Assembly: GCA_963776285.1 (NCBI GenBank) | Contig: CAVZLW010000006.1 | Span: forward strand, 38,188 to 102,187 | Source: an uncultured Chloroflexia bacterium | GTDB taxonomy: Bacteria > Chloroflexota > Limnocylindria > Limnocylindrales > CSP1-4 | Direction of reading: 5' to 3' | Length of the DNA stretch: 64,000 nt | Part shown: piece by piece, positions 17,519 through 27,116 of the stretch | Position numbering within the stretch: the stretch's first letter is position 1 | Layout: each line of letters begins with the position of its first letter | Notes under the pieces: generated by a model | What the model was told of the DNA's origin: nothing | The model's input: only the letters and a program-made list of their open reading frames with translations | The model's database searches: none | Position numbers and translations under genes: made by a program

Positions 17519-18703
17519 TCAGGCCTCGCCGGGTGCGCCGGGGCGGTCCGGGTCGGCGCCGGAGCCACCGTCCGGCTCGGCGGTGACCGGCCCGGCCGCG
17601 CCCGGCCCGTCCGGGCCGGGCGAGCGGTCCGGCCGGCGCGCCTCGCGCGCCGCGATCGCGTCGGCGATGGCCGGACGGTAGGGATCCCGGAGCACGCCTG
17701 CCTCGGTGACGATCGCGGTGACCAGATCCGCCGGGGTGACGTCGAAGGACGGGTTGATCGCCGCGGCACCGGCCGGCGCGACGCGGCGCCCGGCGAACGA
17801 GGTGACCTCGCCTGCCGAGCGCATCTCCAGGCTGACCTGCGAGCCGTCCGCCGCCTCGGCATCGAGGGTCGCCGTCGGCGCCACGACGTAGAACGGCACG
17901 CCGTGGCGCGCGGCCAGGACCGCCAGCGGGTAGGTGCCGACCTTGTTCGCCGTGTCGCCGTTGGCCGCGATCCGGTCTGCTCCCACCAGGATCGCGTCGA
18001 CGTCGCCGGTGGCGAGCAGCCAGCCGGCCGCGGAATTGGCCAGCAGCGTGTACGGGATCCCGGCCTGGCCGAGCTCCCAGGCCGTGAGGCGGGCGCCCTG
18101 CAGCCAGGGCCGGGTCTCGTCCACGTAGACGTGGACCTCGCGGCCGTCGGCCGCGAGCGCCTGGACCACGCCCAGGGCCGTCCCGACCTGGCCGCAGGCG
18201 AGCGGCCCGGTGTTGCAGTGGGTGAGCAGGCGGATCGGCCTGCCCTCGGGGACGGGCAGCAGCCCCACGCCCAGGCGGGCCATCGTCGCGTGGTCGAGGG
18301 TCGCCTCGTCGATGATCGCCTCGGCCTCGGCGCGCAGGGCGGCGGCGATCGCCGGCCCGTCGTCGTGCAGCTCGCCCAGCTCGGCGTACCGCGCGAGCAT
18401 CCGGTTCGTCGCCCAGCGGACGGCGACGGCGGTCGGCCGCGCGTTGACCAGCGCGTTGGCCGAGCCGCGAAGGATCGCCCGGCGGGCGTACGGCTTCGTC
18501 AGCGTCGCGCGGCCGGCGGCGAGGGCCAGGCCGGCGGCGGCGACCTGGCCGAGGGCCGGGGCGCCGCGCACCACCATCTCGCGGATCGCCTGGGCCACGT
18601 CGCCCGCGGACTCGCAGGAGACCTCGACGAGCTCCTCGGGCAGGCGCCGCTGGTCCACCAGGATCAGCCGATCGCCCTCCAGGCGGAACGGGCTCCGGAA
18701 GAC
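17519..18703 (-). CDS. mtnA: S-methyl-5-thioribose-1-phosphate isomerase (eIF-2B alpha/beta/delta-like family)
   Basis: ORF 17519..18916. The coherent sequence begins at about FRSPFRLEGDRLILVDQRRLPEE (MtnA N-terminal signature), with later blocks VVRGAPALGQVAAAGLALAA and TLLANSAAGWLL. The start is approximate (GTG ~18703). Codons upstream of it are junk. Confidence 0.8.
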   Translation of the reverse strand, partial: VFRSPFRLEGDRLILVDQRRLPEELVEVSCESAGDVAQAIREMVVRGAPALGQVAAAGLALAAGRATLTKPYARRAILRGSANALVNARPTAVAVRWATNRMLARYAELGELHDDGPAIAAALRAEAEAIIDEATLDHATMARLGVGLLPVPEGRPIRLLTHCNTGPLACGQVGTALGVVQALAADGREVHVYVDETRPWLQGARLTAWELGQAGIPYTLLANSAAGWLLATGDVDAILVGADRIAANGDTANKVGTYPLAVLAARHGVPFYVVAPTATLDAEAADGSQVSLEMRSAGEVTSFAGRRVAPAGAAAINPSFDVTPADLVTAIVTEAGVLRDPYRPAIADAIAAREARRPDRSPGPDGPGAAGPVTAEPDGGSGADPDRPGAPGEA

Positions 18704-19053
18704 TCCCGGCGCAGGCGCCGCGGACGGGGCGGACCGCGTCGCGCCGGGGATCGCGGCGTCGCGGCCGGCGGTGACCGGGCCCGATGCTCGCGTCGGCGAA
18801 GACCGAGGTCGCCATCTCCTGGGTCGTGTCGCGAAGGGCTCCCGCCGCGCCAACCAGGGTGGCAGCGGTCCGCACGGCATCGCTGGCCATCGCCCGGAAG
18901 AAGCGTCGCCGGGCAAGGCGGAGGGCCTCGTCCGGATCCGGCGGTGCCGCCTCGGGCGACCCCGCCGTCGCGCTCGCGGCGGGCTCTGCGGGACGCTCCT
19001 GGTCGCTCATCGGACGGCGGACGGATCTCGGCGCAGGCGTGGCGTGGGCTCGA

Positions 19054-19575
19054 TCAGTACTGGATCACCGACGTGACCGTCTGCTCCACGAGCCGCTCGC
19101 GACCCTTCAGGAAGGCGAGCTCGACGAGGAAGGCCAGGCCCACGATCTCCCCCTGCAGGCGCTGCACCAGCTCGACGGTGCCGCGGACCGTGCCACCCGT
19201 CGCCAGGAGGTCGTCGACGATGAGGACCTTCTGACCCGGCTGGATCGCATCGCGGTGGATCTCGAGCGTGTTGGATCCGTACTCCAGGGCGTACTCGACG
19301 CTGATGGTCTCGGCCGGAAGCTTGCCCAGCTTGCGGACGGGCGCGAGGCCCGCGCCGAGCTCGTAGGCCATCGGCGCCGAGAAGATGAAGCCGCGCGACT
19401 CCATCCCGACGACGATGTCGATCTTCCGGCCCGTGTAGGGCGCCAGCATGGCGTCGATCGCGGCGCGGTAGGCGACGGCGTCCTTGAGGAGCGTCGTGAT
19501 GTCGTAGAAGAGGATCCCCGGCTTCGGGAAGTCCGGGATCTCGCGGATCTTCGCGCGGAGCTCGTCGGGGGTCAT
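19054..19575 (-). CDS. apt: adenine phosphoribosyltransferase
   Basis: ORF 19054..19575 (173 aa) has the PRPP-binding motif VLIVDDLLATGGT and is a full-length Apt-like sequence. Confidence 0.95.
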   Translation of the reverse strand: MTPDELRAKIREIPDFPKPGILFYDITTLLKDAVAYRAAIDAMLAPYTGRKIDIVVGMESRGFIFSAPMAYELGAGLAPVRKLGKLPAETISVEYALEYGSNTLEIHRDAIQPGQKVLIVDDLLATGGTVRGTVELVQRLQGEIVGLAFLVELAFLKGRERLVEQTVTSVIQY

Positions 19576-19655
19576 GGTCGCGGGAACCTCCAGGGCGCCG
19601 GCGCCGCGCCGGCAGATAGCGGATCGCCGGCGGCCGGATGCCGCCCGTCGAGAGT

Positions 19656-21143
19656 CTACCGCAGCGGGGCTCCGACCTGACCCTCGGGGCGCCGGCGCAG
19701 CCGTCCCGAGAGGGCAAGCCCCGCGACGCCGGCGACGGCGCCCGCGGCGAAGGCCGCCGCAACCCCGGCAGCCATGCGTCCGGGCTCCACGTCGCCGCCG
19801 GCGGACGCGCCCGCGATCACCGCCACGAGCGCGCCCCCGACCCCCGTCCCGGTCGCCGTCCCGACCACGTCCGAGAGCTGCAGGCCAGCCGTCGCGAATC
19901 CCTCCTCGCCGCTCCTCGCCTCCCGCAGCACGGTCAGCGACAGGGGTGCGTAGGCGAGGCCCATCCCGAGGCCGGCGATCCCCCAGCCGGCGATGCCGAC
20001 GACGAGCGGGACGGCGGGAGCCAGCACGGCGGCCGTGGTGCCGAGGCCCCCCAGCACCACGAGGAAGCCCACCCCGACGAACGTCCGGGCCCCGATCCGC
20101 CCGACGAAGCGGGCCTGGATCCAGGCCCCGCCGGTCCAGGCCAGCGTGGCGGCCGTGAAGGCGAGCCCGGCGACGGCCGCCGTGGTTCCCCGGACCACCA
20201 CGAGGGCCAGCGGCACGTACGCGTCGGCCGCGAAGAACGCGAACGTGAGCAGGCCGCGCAGCAGGACCGCGGCCGGGAGCACCGGACGGGCGACCAGGGT
20301 TCCCGGCGGTGTGAGGCGCCGGAACGCCGGCACCCCCACGGCGAGGCCGATCGCGAGGAGCGCGGCCGCGGCCGCCGGCGACTCGGCGAGCGCACCCAGC
20401 CCGGCGAGCGCGAGGCCGGCCCCCGCCGCCGTGGCGAGCGCCAGGGGAGCCCGGATGCGCAGGTCATCGGGGCGGCGCTCACCCTCGACGTCCCCGCGCG
20501 GCGGCTTCCGGGACGGCCCGGGAGACGGACCTGGCAGGTCAGCCAGGGGCGCGGCGGCGGCCGCCCGGCGATCCACGGCCGCGAGGGCGGGGATGGTGAT
20601 GGCGGCTGCGACGGCGATGAGGGGCAGGATGCCGAGGAAGATCCAGCGCCAGCCCAGGGCGTCCGCGACCAGGCCGGCAATCGCCGGGCCGACGAGCCCG
20701 GGGATGACCCAGGCCGTGGAGAGGACGGCGAACATGCGCGGCCGGAGAGCGTCGGGCAGCACGCGCCCGATCGCCACGTAGGCGACGGGCGGCTCGAAGC
20801 CGGCGCCGAGGCCCTGCAGGACCCGCGCCAGGACCAGGAGCGGCATCGACGGCGCCAGGCCCCCGAGAGCCAGCCCGGCCGCGAAGCAGGCGAGGCCGAA
20901 GGCCAGCGGGGGCGCCAGCCCGACCCCGCGATCGAGCAGCCCGCCCGAGATGACGATGCCGACGAGCGTGGCCAGGAAGAAGGCCGAGAAGACCCACCCG
21001 TAGAGCTCCAGGCCGCCGAGCTCGCGGGCCACGAGCGGCATCACCGTCCCGACGGCGAGCGCCTCGGAGGCGACCAGGGTGACGGTCAGGACCAGTCCGC
21101 CGGAGAGCGCACGTCGCTCGGGCGACCACAGCCCGCCGGTCAC
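19656..21143 (-). CDS. MFS transporter
   Basis: 495 aa with 12 or more hydrophobic segments and an MFS-type loop motif (GRVLPDALRPRMFAVLS). It is the last gene of the minus-strand glycerol cluster. Confidence 0.8.
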   Translation of the reverse strand: MTGGLWSPERRALSGGLVLTVTLVASEALAVGTVMPLVARELGGLELYGWVFSAFFLATLVGIVISGGLLDRGVGLAPPLAFGLACFAAGLALGGLAPSMPLLVLARVLQGLGAGFEPPVAYVAIGRVLPDALRPRMFAVLSTAWVIPGLVGPAIAGLVADALGWRWIFLGILPLIAVAAAITIPALAAVDRRAAAAAPLADLPGPSPGPSRKPPRGDVEGERRPDDLRIRAPLALATAAGAGLALAGLGALAESPAAAAALLAIGLAVGVPAFRRLTPPGTLVARPVLPAAVLLRGLLTFAFFAADAYVPLALVVVRGTTAAVAGLAFTAATLAWTGGAWIQARFVGRIGARTFVGVGFLVVLGGLGTTAAVLAPAVPLVVGIAGWGIAGLGMGLAYAPLSLTVLREARSGEEGFATAGLQLSDVVGTATGTGVGGALVAVIAGASAGGDVEPGRMAAGVAAAFAAGAVAGVAGLALSGRLRRRPEGQVGAPLR

Positions 21144-21757
21144 TTCGCCCCGAACTTCCTCTCCTCGCCACGCCGCAGGCGCCCGATGTTGTCGAGATGG
21201 AAGAGCCAGATCAGGACCGGCGCTCCGATCGAGAACCCCAGCAGGGCGAGCGGCTCACCCGCAGCCAGGATCTGCACGGTGAACACGACGCCGCCGACGG
21301 CGGCGCTGACGAGCGAGGCCACGGACGTGTAGCGCGTGACACCGAGCACGATCAGGAAGACCACCAGCGTGACGATCGCCTGGGCGGGCGCCAGGACGAG
21401 CGCCGCCCCGAACGCCGCCGACACACCCCGGCCACCGGAGAAGCCGAGGAAGGGGGACCGGCTGTGGCCGACGATCGCGGCCAGTCCGGCGAGCACCTCG
21501 ACCTCGACGCCGGCCCCCAGGGCGCGGGCGAGCAGGACGGCCAGCGTGCCCTTGAGCATGTCCAGGATGCCCGAGACGAGGGCCAGCCGCGGACCGAGGG
21601 CTCGCATGACGTTTGCCCCGCCCGTCCGCCCGCTCCCGATCGTGCGCGGGTCGGGGCCGCCGGTGAGCCGGGCCACGATGACGCCCCAGGGGATCCCGCC
21701 GATGAGGAACGCGACCGCGACGATGGCGACGGCGCGAACGGCGGCGGCGAGGTCCAT
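21140..21757 (-). CDS. plsY: glycerol-3-phosphate acyltransferase PlsY
   Basis: In ORF 21140..22000 the first 81 codons are junk that overlaps the EI gene. The ATG at 21757 gives MDLAAAVRAVAIVAVAFLIGGIPWGVIVAR…GSGRTGGANVMRALG…HSRSPFLGFSGGRGV, which are PlsY motifs. Confidence 0.85.
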   Translation of the reverse strand: MDLAAAVRAVAIVAVAFLIGGIPWGVIVARLTGGPDPRTIGSGRTGGANVMRALGPRLALVSGILDMLKGTLAVLLARALGAGVEVEVLAGLAAIVGHSRSPFLGFSGGRGVSAAFGAALVLAPAQAIVTLVVFLIVLGVTRYTSVASLVSAAVGGVVFTVQILAAGEPLALLGFSIGAPVLIWLFHLDNIGRLRRGEERKFGAK

Positions 21758-21779
21758 GGCCGGGGAGTATAGGGGGCCG

Positions 21780-23989
21780 TCAGGCCCCGGAGCCGCCCTC
21801 CCCGGCCGCCCCGGCGATCCGCCCGAGGAGCGCGGACGCCAACGTCCGGACGGCCGTCGCGTCCCGCGCGACGAGCGCGGCGCCTGCCAGCTTGCGGAGC
21901 TCCGCGCTCGTGACGGCGGCCAGCGCCAGGCGCACTTCGTCGAGCGAGCCGGCGTCCGCAGACAGCTCGTCGACGCCCAGGCCGACGAGCACCAGGGCAC
22001 CTGCAGGGTCGCCGGCGAGCTCCCCGCACACGGCCACGGGGATGCCGGCGGCGTCGGCGCCGGCCACCACGCCCGCGATCGCCCGCAGCACGGCGGGATG
22101 GAGGGCGTCCTGGAAGCGACCCAACGTGGCGTTCCCGCGGTCCGCGGCCATCACGTACTGGGTCAGGTCGTTCGTGCCGATGCTGAAGAAGGCCACCCGC
22201 CGGGCCAGCTCCGGGGCAAGCAGCGCGGCGGCCGGGATCTCGACCATGATGCCGGTGACCATCGCCTCGGCGCAGACCTGGCCGGCCGCGAGGACCCCCG
22301 CACGGGCCTCGTCGCGCAGGGACTCCAGGAGGTCGACGTCGTCGAGAGTCGCGACCATGGGAGCCATGACGTGCGGTCGCACGCCGGCCAGCCCGCCGGC
22401 TCGCCAGATCGCCCGGAGCTGGGTCCGCAGGAGCTCGGGGTCGCCGTACGCCAGGCGGATCGCCCGCACGCCCAGGAAGGGGTTCGCCTCCGCCGGCAGG
22501 CCCAGGTAGGGGATCTCCTTGTCGCCCCCGATGTCGGCCAGCCGGACGACGACGGGGCGGTCCGGGCCGAATGCCTCGAACGCGCGCCGGTACGCGGCGA
22601 CCTGCTCGTCCTCGGTGGGCGGCACCTGGCGCCGCATGAAGAGGAACTCGGTCCGGAAGAGCCCGACGCCCTCGGCGCCGGCCTCGAGCGCCCGCGGCGC
22701 GTCGTCCGGATTGCCGATGTTCGCCACGAGGAGGACGCGGGCGCCGTCGGAGGTTGCCCCGGGCGCGGCCGCGCGCCGCGGCGGCCCTGGCGCGCCGCGC
22801 GGCGAGCGCCGCCGCGCGCTCGGCCAGGGCGGCCTTTCGCCCCGGCGTCCGGGTCGATGAGGACCTCGCCGGATTCGCCGTCGAGGGCGATCTCGACCGC
22901 GACTCCCGACGCGGCGGCGTCGTCGACCGCCTCCAAAAGCCCGGCGCACCCGACGACGCACGGGATGCCGAGCCCGCGGGCAAGGATCACCGCGTGCGCC
23001 GTCCGCGACCCGCCGGCGAGGGCGATGCCGCGCAGGAACGCGGCCGGGATCTCGGCCGTCACCGAGGGCGGCAGGTCGTCGGCGATCGCGACGACGGGGG
23101 CATCGGGGAGCGCCAGCGTCTCGCCGCGCAGGATCCGGGCGATCCGCGCGCCGACGTCCCGCACGTCCGCGGCGCGCGCCGCCAGCAGCTCGTCGCCGAG
23201 GCTGGCGATGGCGAGCGCCGCCTCCGATGCCGCGGCCGTGACGGCCGCGGCCGGGTCGGCTCCGGCCGTCACGCGCTCGAGAGCGTCGTCGACGATGGTC
23301 GGGTCGGTGGCCAGGACCGCCTGGGCCTCGAAGATCCCCGCGTCGTCGGGCCGTCCTGCTGCCCGGATGCGGGCTGCCAGCGCGTCGAGCTGGGCCTCGG
23401 CCTCCGCAGCTGCCGCGCGGATCGCGGTCGCGGGATCACCGGTTGCCGCGGCCGGCGCGGCGGACGGCTGCTCGCGATAGCGCCACGCCGGTGCCGTCGC
23501 GATGCCGGCGACGGCACCGTCCCCGCGAAGGCGGCGGGCGCCCGGATCCACCGCCGGGCCGGTCCCGGCCACGGCAGGCGACGGCGGCAGGGGCGGCCCG
23601 GGCTGGGCGGCAGAGGCCCCGGGGGCCGCAGGAACGGCAGCGGCCGACGGCGCCGCGGAGGCCGGCGACGCAGCAGGCGCTGCGGCGGCCTCGGGAGCCG
23701 CGGGACGCGGGGGGATCTCCTCGCCCAGGCCGGCCTCGATCGCCGCCCTGATGGAGGCGATCGCCTCCACCTCGTCCTCGCCCTGGGCCGTGATCCGGAC
23801 CACGTGGCCCATGCGCACGCCCAGCGGCTGGACCCTCAGCATCTGCTTCGCGTTGGCGGGACCCGCTCCCGTGGACAGGTTCTGGATCGTCACGTCCGAG
23901 CGGACCTTGCCGCAGGTCCGGACGAACTGGCCCAGCGGTCGCAGGTGGAGTCCGTTCGGGTTGCGGATCTCGATCTCGAGCGTCTGCAC
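21780..23989 (-). pseudogene. ptsI: HPr–Enzyme I fusion (ptsH-ptsI) gene, interrupted by two single-nucleotide frame changes
   Basis: Frame A (23989 down to ~22845) encodes an HPr domain (MQTLEIEIRNPNGLHLRPLGQFV…), an Ala/Pro linker, and the EI N-terminal and phospho-His domains (GGSRTAHAVILARGLGIPCVVGC). Frame C (about 22840..22760) encodes the EI linker helix RKAALAERAAALAARRARAAAARG. Frame B (22760..21780) encodes the PEP-utilising TIM barrel (LLVANIGNPDDA…GVGLFRTEFLFM…FFSIGTNDLTQY…CGELAGD). The switches occur at the C/G runs at 22840-22844 and 22757-22763. Confidence 0.75.
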
Positions 23990-24006
23990 GGGTCTCCTCC
24001 CGGTGG

Positions 24007-25131
24007 TCAGGGCACGGGACGGCGAGGCTGGTCGGCCTCGGGGGCCGCCGGCGAGGCCGGACGACCGGCCTGGCCGGTAGCGAGGAGTGCGACGATGCGG
24101 GACGGCTCAGCCGCCAGGTCGGCGGCCAGGACCGGGTCGACGGTCGCCGCGTCGACGAGCGCGGCCAGGGCGGCATTGACCGGCGTCGCGACGCCGCACG
24201 CGATCCCGGCCCGGGCCACGGCCCCGTTGAGCCACGCGACCTCCGAGGGTCCCTCAGCTCCGCCCCGCAGGTGGAGCCGGAGGGACGGCGACTTTCCGCC
24301 GCGAGCCCCGCCGACCACCCGGCGCAGGGCGAACCGCGACAGCCGGCGCGGCAGGCGGATGCCGATGGCGAGGAGGGGCACGTTCGCTCCCGGGAGCCCA
24401 ACCGGCCGGATCTCCAGGGCGCGCATCACGGCGAGCGCCTCGAGCAGCTGGCGGCGCTCGACGTCGAAGAGCGCGGGGTCGGCGTAGAGGACCGCCGGGT
24501 CGCGGTCTGCGAGGGCGGAGAGCGCGTTGCCGACGAGATTGGCCAGCAGCTTCGACCACTTCATGGCCCGCGCATCGGAGATTCGCCGCGCCGGCAGGCC
24601 CGCCCCGCCGAAGTCGTCGACGAGCGCGGCCACCAGCCCGTCGACGTCCCCCGCGACACGGGCGAGGCCGATCCCGCCCCGGCCGCGCCACTCCACCTCC
24701 TGCGGGCGCGAGCGCTCGACCGGCGCGGTCAGCGAGCCGGCGACGTGGGCGATCCCCGGGCGGGCCGCCGCGACGAGGTCCTCCGCGCCGACGCCGTTCT
24801 GGATCGTCAGCACGGGAGCCGAGGGCCAGGCTCGCAGGTCGTCGAGGGCCCCGGCCAGGTCGAACGTCTTCACCGCGAGGACGACCAGGTCCGGGGACGC
24901 GGCGAGCTCGGCCGGGGTGCTCGCGCGGCGCACGCGTGCCACCACGCGACGGCCGTCCGGCTCGTGGACGACGATCTCGTCGCCCGCGTCGGGCACGCGC
25001 GGGTCCAGCAGGACGACCTCGGCGCCGGACGCGGCCAGGAGGCCTCCCAGCAGCGTCCCGACCGCGCCCGCCCCCAGCACGGCGACGCGCCGCGGCGCGC
25101 CGGGCAGGCCGGCCGCGGCGGTCGCGCTCAC
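24007..25131 (-). CDS. ketopantoate reductase (PanE/ApbA) family NAD(P)-dependent oxidoreductase
   Basis: It has the Rossmann motif VAVLGAGAVGTLLGGLLAASG, a catalytic Lys in VKTFDL, and KWSKLLANLVGNALSAL. The order and spacing of these match the PanE family. Its stop overlaps the dhaM start. Confidence 0.7.
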   Translation of the reverse strand: MSATAAAGLPGAPRRVAVLGAGAVGTLLGGLLAASGAEVVLLDPRVPDAGDEIVVHEPDGRRVVARVRRASTPAELAASPDLVVLAVKTFDLAGALDDLRAWPSAPVLTIQNGVGAEDLVAAARPGIAHVAGSLTAPVERSRPQEVEWRGRGGIGLARVAGDVDGLVAALVDDFGGAGLPARRISDARAMKWSKLLANLVGNALSALADRDPAVLYADPALFDVERRQLLEALAVMRALEIRPVGLPGANVPLLAIGIRLPRRLSRFALRRVVGGARGGKSPSLRLHLRGGAEGPSEVAWLNGAVARAGIACGVATPVNAALAALVDAATVDPVLAADLAAEPSRIVALLATGQAGRPASPAAPEADQPRRPVP

Positions 25132-25535
25132 TCCGGGATCTTGGGCAGGGTCGCGGCCTCCTCCGCCGCGGCGAGGACGGCGGCCAGGTCGTCGCCGCAG
25201 CTCGCCTGGACGGCGGCAACGACGGCGCCCTCCACCAGCGGCCCGCCCGACAGGCGGACCCGTGCCGCCGCCTGCTCCCCGAGGAGCTCCAGCGCCGTCT
25301 GGGTGGCCAGCACCGCGCTGCCCAGGTCGACGAGGACGAGGACGCCCGCCCCGGCGTCCGCGGCTGTGATCGCGGCCATGATGGCGGCGGCATCCGTTCC
25401 GAGCTGGCCGTCGGCGGTCCCGCCGGCGGCCTCGATGCGCAGGTCGTCGCCGGCCATCTGGCGGGCCAGCTCCACCGTCCCTGCCGCGATCTGCGCGGAG
25501 TGGCTGACGATGACGATCCCGACAAGCTCATCCAT
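25128..25535 (-). CDS. dhaM: PTS-dependent dihydroxyacetone kinase phosphotransferase subunit, EIIA(Man)-like domain only
   Basis: 135 aa. GIVIVSHSAQIAAGTVELARQM … GTDAAAIMAAI … LVLVDLGSAVLATQTALELLG … RVRLSGGPLVEG aligns closely to the E. coli DhaM N-terminal domain (phosphorylatable His in VSHS). It has no HPr or EI-like extension. Confidence 0.85.
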   Translation of the reverse strand: MDELVGIVIVSHSAQIAAGTVELARQMAGDDLRIEAAGGTADGQLGTDAAAIMAAITAADAGAGVLVLVDLGSAVLATQTALELLGEQAAARVRLSGGPLVEGAVVAAVQASCGDDLAAVLAAAEEAATLPKIPE

Positions 25536-25544
25536 GGCGGGTTC

Positions 25545-25937
25545 CTATGGCGCCGCGTTGATGATCGCCGCGAAGAGGACGACCCCGTAGACGACGGTGA
25601 TGATGCCGACGACCGACAGGACGTTCGTGATCCGCCGCTCCGTCCGCTCCGAGAAGCCGAAGTCGAACAGGATGGCCCGCACGCCCACCAGGGCGTGGTA
25701 CGTCACGAAGACCAGGAAGCAGACCTCGAGGACGATCACCACCGGGTTCCGCAGCCAGTCGATGACCTCCTGGTAGAAGCGCAGCCCGCTTGGCGCGACG
25801 AAGTGCTGGGCGATCATGTGCAGCCCCAGCAGGACGATCAGCGCGACGCCGCTGACGACCTGGCCCACGAAGACCGGCACGCCGCGCGAGCCGGCGGGGC
25901 GATCGGCCGGCCGTGGTTCGGTGGCCATCTCGCTCAC
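25545..25937 (-). CDS. succinate dehydrogenase-type hydrophobic membrane anchor subunit (SdhD-like)
   Basis: 130 aa with three predicted TM helices and a conserved His in HALVGV. It lies 3 nt downstream of the SdhC-like gene. Confidence 0.6.
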   Translation of the reverse strand: MSEMATEPRPADRPAGSRGVPVFVGQVVSGVALIVLLGLHMIAQHFVAPSGLRFYQEVIDWLRNPVVIVLEVCFLVFVTYHALVGVRAILFDFGFSERTERRITNVLSVVGIITVVYGVVLFAAIINAAP

Positions 25938-25940
25938 CTC

Positions 25941-26360
25941 CTACTCGCCCGCGAAGATCCGAAGCGCCCCGACGAGCGCCACGAAGGCCGCGATGACCAT
26001 GAACGCGATGAAGAGCGCCTTCTGCCGGCTCGCCACGAGCCCCAGCCCGACGAGACCGACGCGGATCCCGTTCAGGCCGTGGATCAGCATCCCCGTCAGG
26101 AGGAAGACATCGAGAAGGAGGAACGGGGGGCTGAGCGCGATGTTGACGAAGCTGTCCCAGGCGTTCGGCCCCTGGACCAGCATCGACAGGATCATCAGGT
26201 GGAGATAGAGGTAGACGACGAGGCCGAGCCCGGTGAGGCGGTTGAGGATGAAGGCCAGGCCACCGAGGCGACGGCCGCGCGGGTCGAACCAGCCGACGAT
26301 GCCCCGGCGACGCGCGGGGCCGGCTACGGGCCGCGGCCGCTCGACGGTCGTGCTCGCCAT
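25941..26360 (-). CDS. succinate dehydrogenase-type cytochrome b subunit (SdhC-like)
   Basis: 139 aa with three TM helices (…LAFILNRLTGLGLVVYLYLHLMILSM…LTGMLIHGLNGIRVG…), carrying candidate heme-ligating His residues. Its ATG overlaps the SdhB-like stop (TGATG). Confidence 0.6.
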   Translation of the reverse strand: MASTTVERPRPVAGPARRRGIVGWFDPRGRRLGGLAFILNRLTGLGLVVYLYLHLMILSMLVQGPNAWDSFVNIALSPPFLLLDVFLLTGMLIHGLNGIRVGLVGLGLVASRQKALFIAFMVIAAFVALVGALRIFAGE

Positions 26361-27106
26361 CAGCGGTTTCCTCCGAACGAGAAGAGGCGTCGCGCCCGGG
26401 CCGCGGCGGCCGACCGGCGGAGCCGCATGATCGCGGCTGCCGGGTCCACGCCGGACGGGCAGGCCTCGGAGCACTCCCAGGTCAGGTGACAGCGCCAGGC
26501 GGCCTGGTCGTCGTCCATCAGCCGGATGACGGGGCCCGGGTCGAGCCCGCGGGGCTCCTCGACCACGCGCCACGCCGCGGCGAGCGCGGCGGGGCCCACG
26601 TAGCGCGGGTCGCTGCCGGCCACCGGACAGGCGGAGAGACAGATCCCGCACTCGATGCAGTCCTCGTAGCGATCCAGCTCGTCGATCCCTTCCGCCTTCT
26701 CGGCGCCGGGGATCTTCTCCGAGGACCTGACCAGCGGCCGGCCGGCCTCGTCGAACTCGTCGAAGAAGACGTTCATGTCGACGACGAGGTCGGAGAGGAC
26801 CGGGATGTTGTCGAGCGGCTCGACGACGACCTCGGCGCCGGCCGGAACGGGCGTCACGCAGGCCAGGCCTTCCCGGCCATTCACCTGCATCCCGCACGTC
26901 CCGCACGAGGCGTGGAAGCAGGAATGCCGGAAGGTCAGGCTCGGGTCGAGCTCGCGGCGGATGGCCACGAGCGAGTCGAGGATGGTCGTGCGGGGCCCGA
27001 CGGCCACGTCGAAGGTGTCGTAGCGCAGCGCCGCGGGATCGTCGCCCTCCTTCCGGCGGGAGACGACGAAGCGGGTCGTGCGGAGGTCGGTCGCGCTGTC
27101 GGTCAT
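26360..27106 (-). CDS. succinate dehydrogenase/fumarate reductase-type iron-sulfur subunit (SdhB/FrdB family)
   Basis: The 2Fe-2S segment DPSLTFRHSCFHASCGTCGMQVNG…LAC…DLVVDM is followed by CIECGICLSACP ([4Fe-4S]), GPAALAAAWR, and CHLTWECSEACP ([3Fe-4S]). It is collinear with E. coli SdhB. Confidence 0.85.
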   Translation of the reverse strand: MTDSATDLRTTRFVVSRRKEGDDPAALRYDTFDVAVGPRTTILDSLVAIRRELDPSLTFRHSCFHASCGTCGMQVNGREGLACVTPVPAGAEVVVEPLDNIPVLSDLVVDMNVFFDEFDEAGRPLVRSSEKIPGAEKAEGIDELDRYEDCIECGICLSACPVAGSDPRYVGPAALAAAWRVVEEPRGLDPGPVIRLMDDDQAAWRCHLTWECSEACPSGVDPAAAIMRLRRSAAAARARRLFSFGGNR

Positions 27107-27116
27107 CGCTCCGCTC

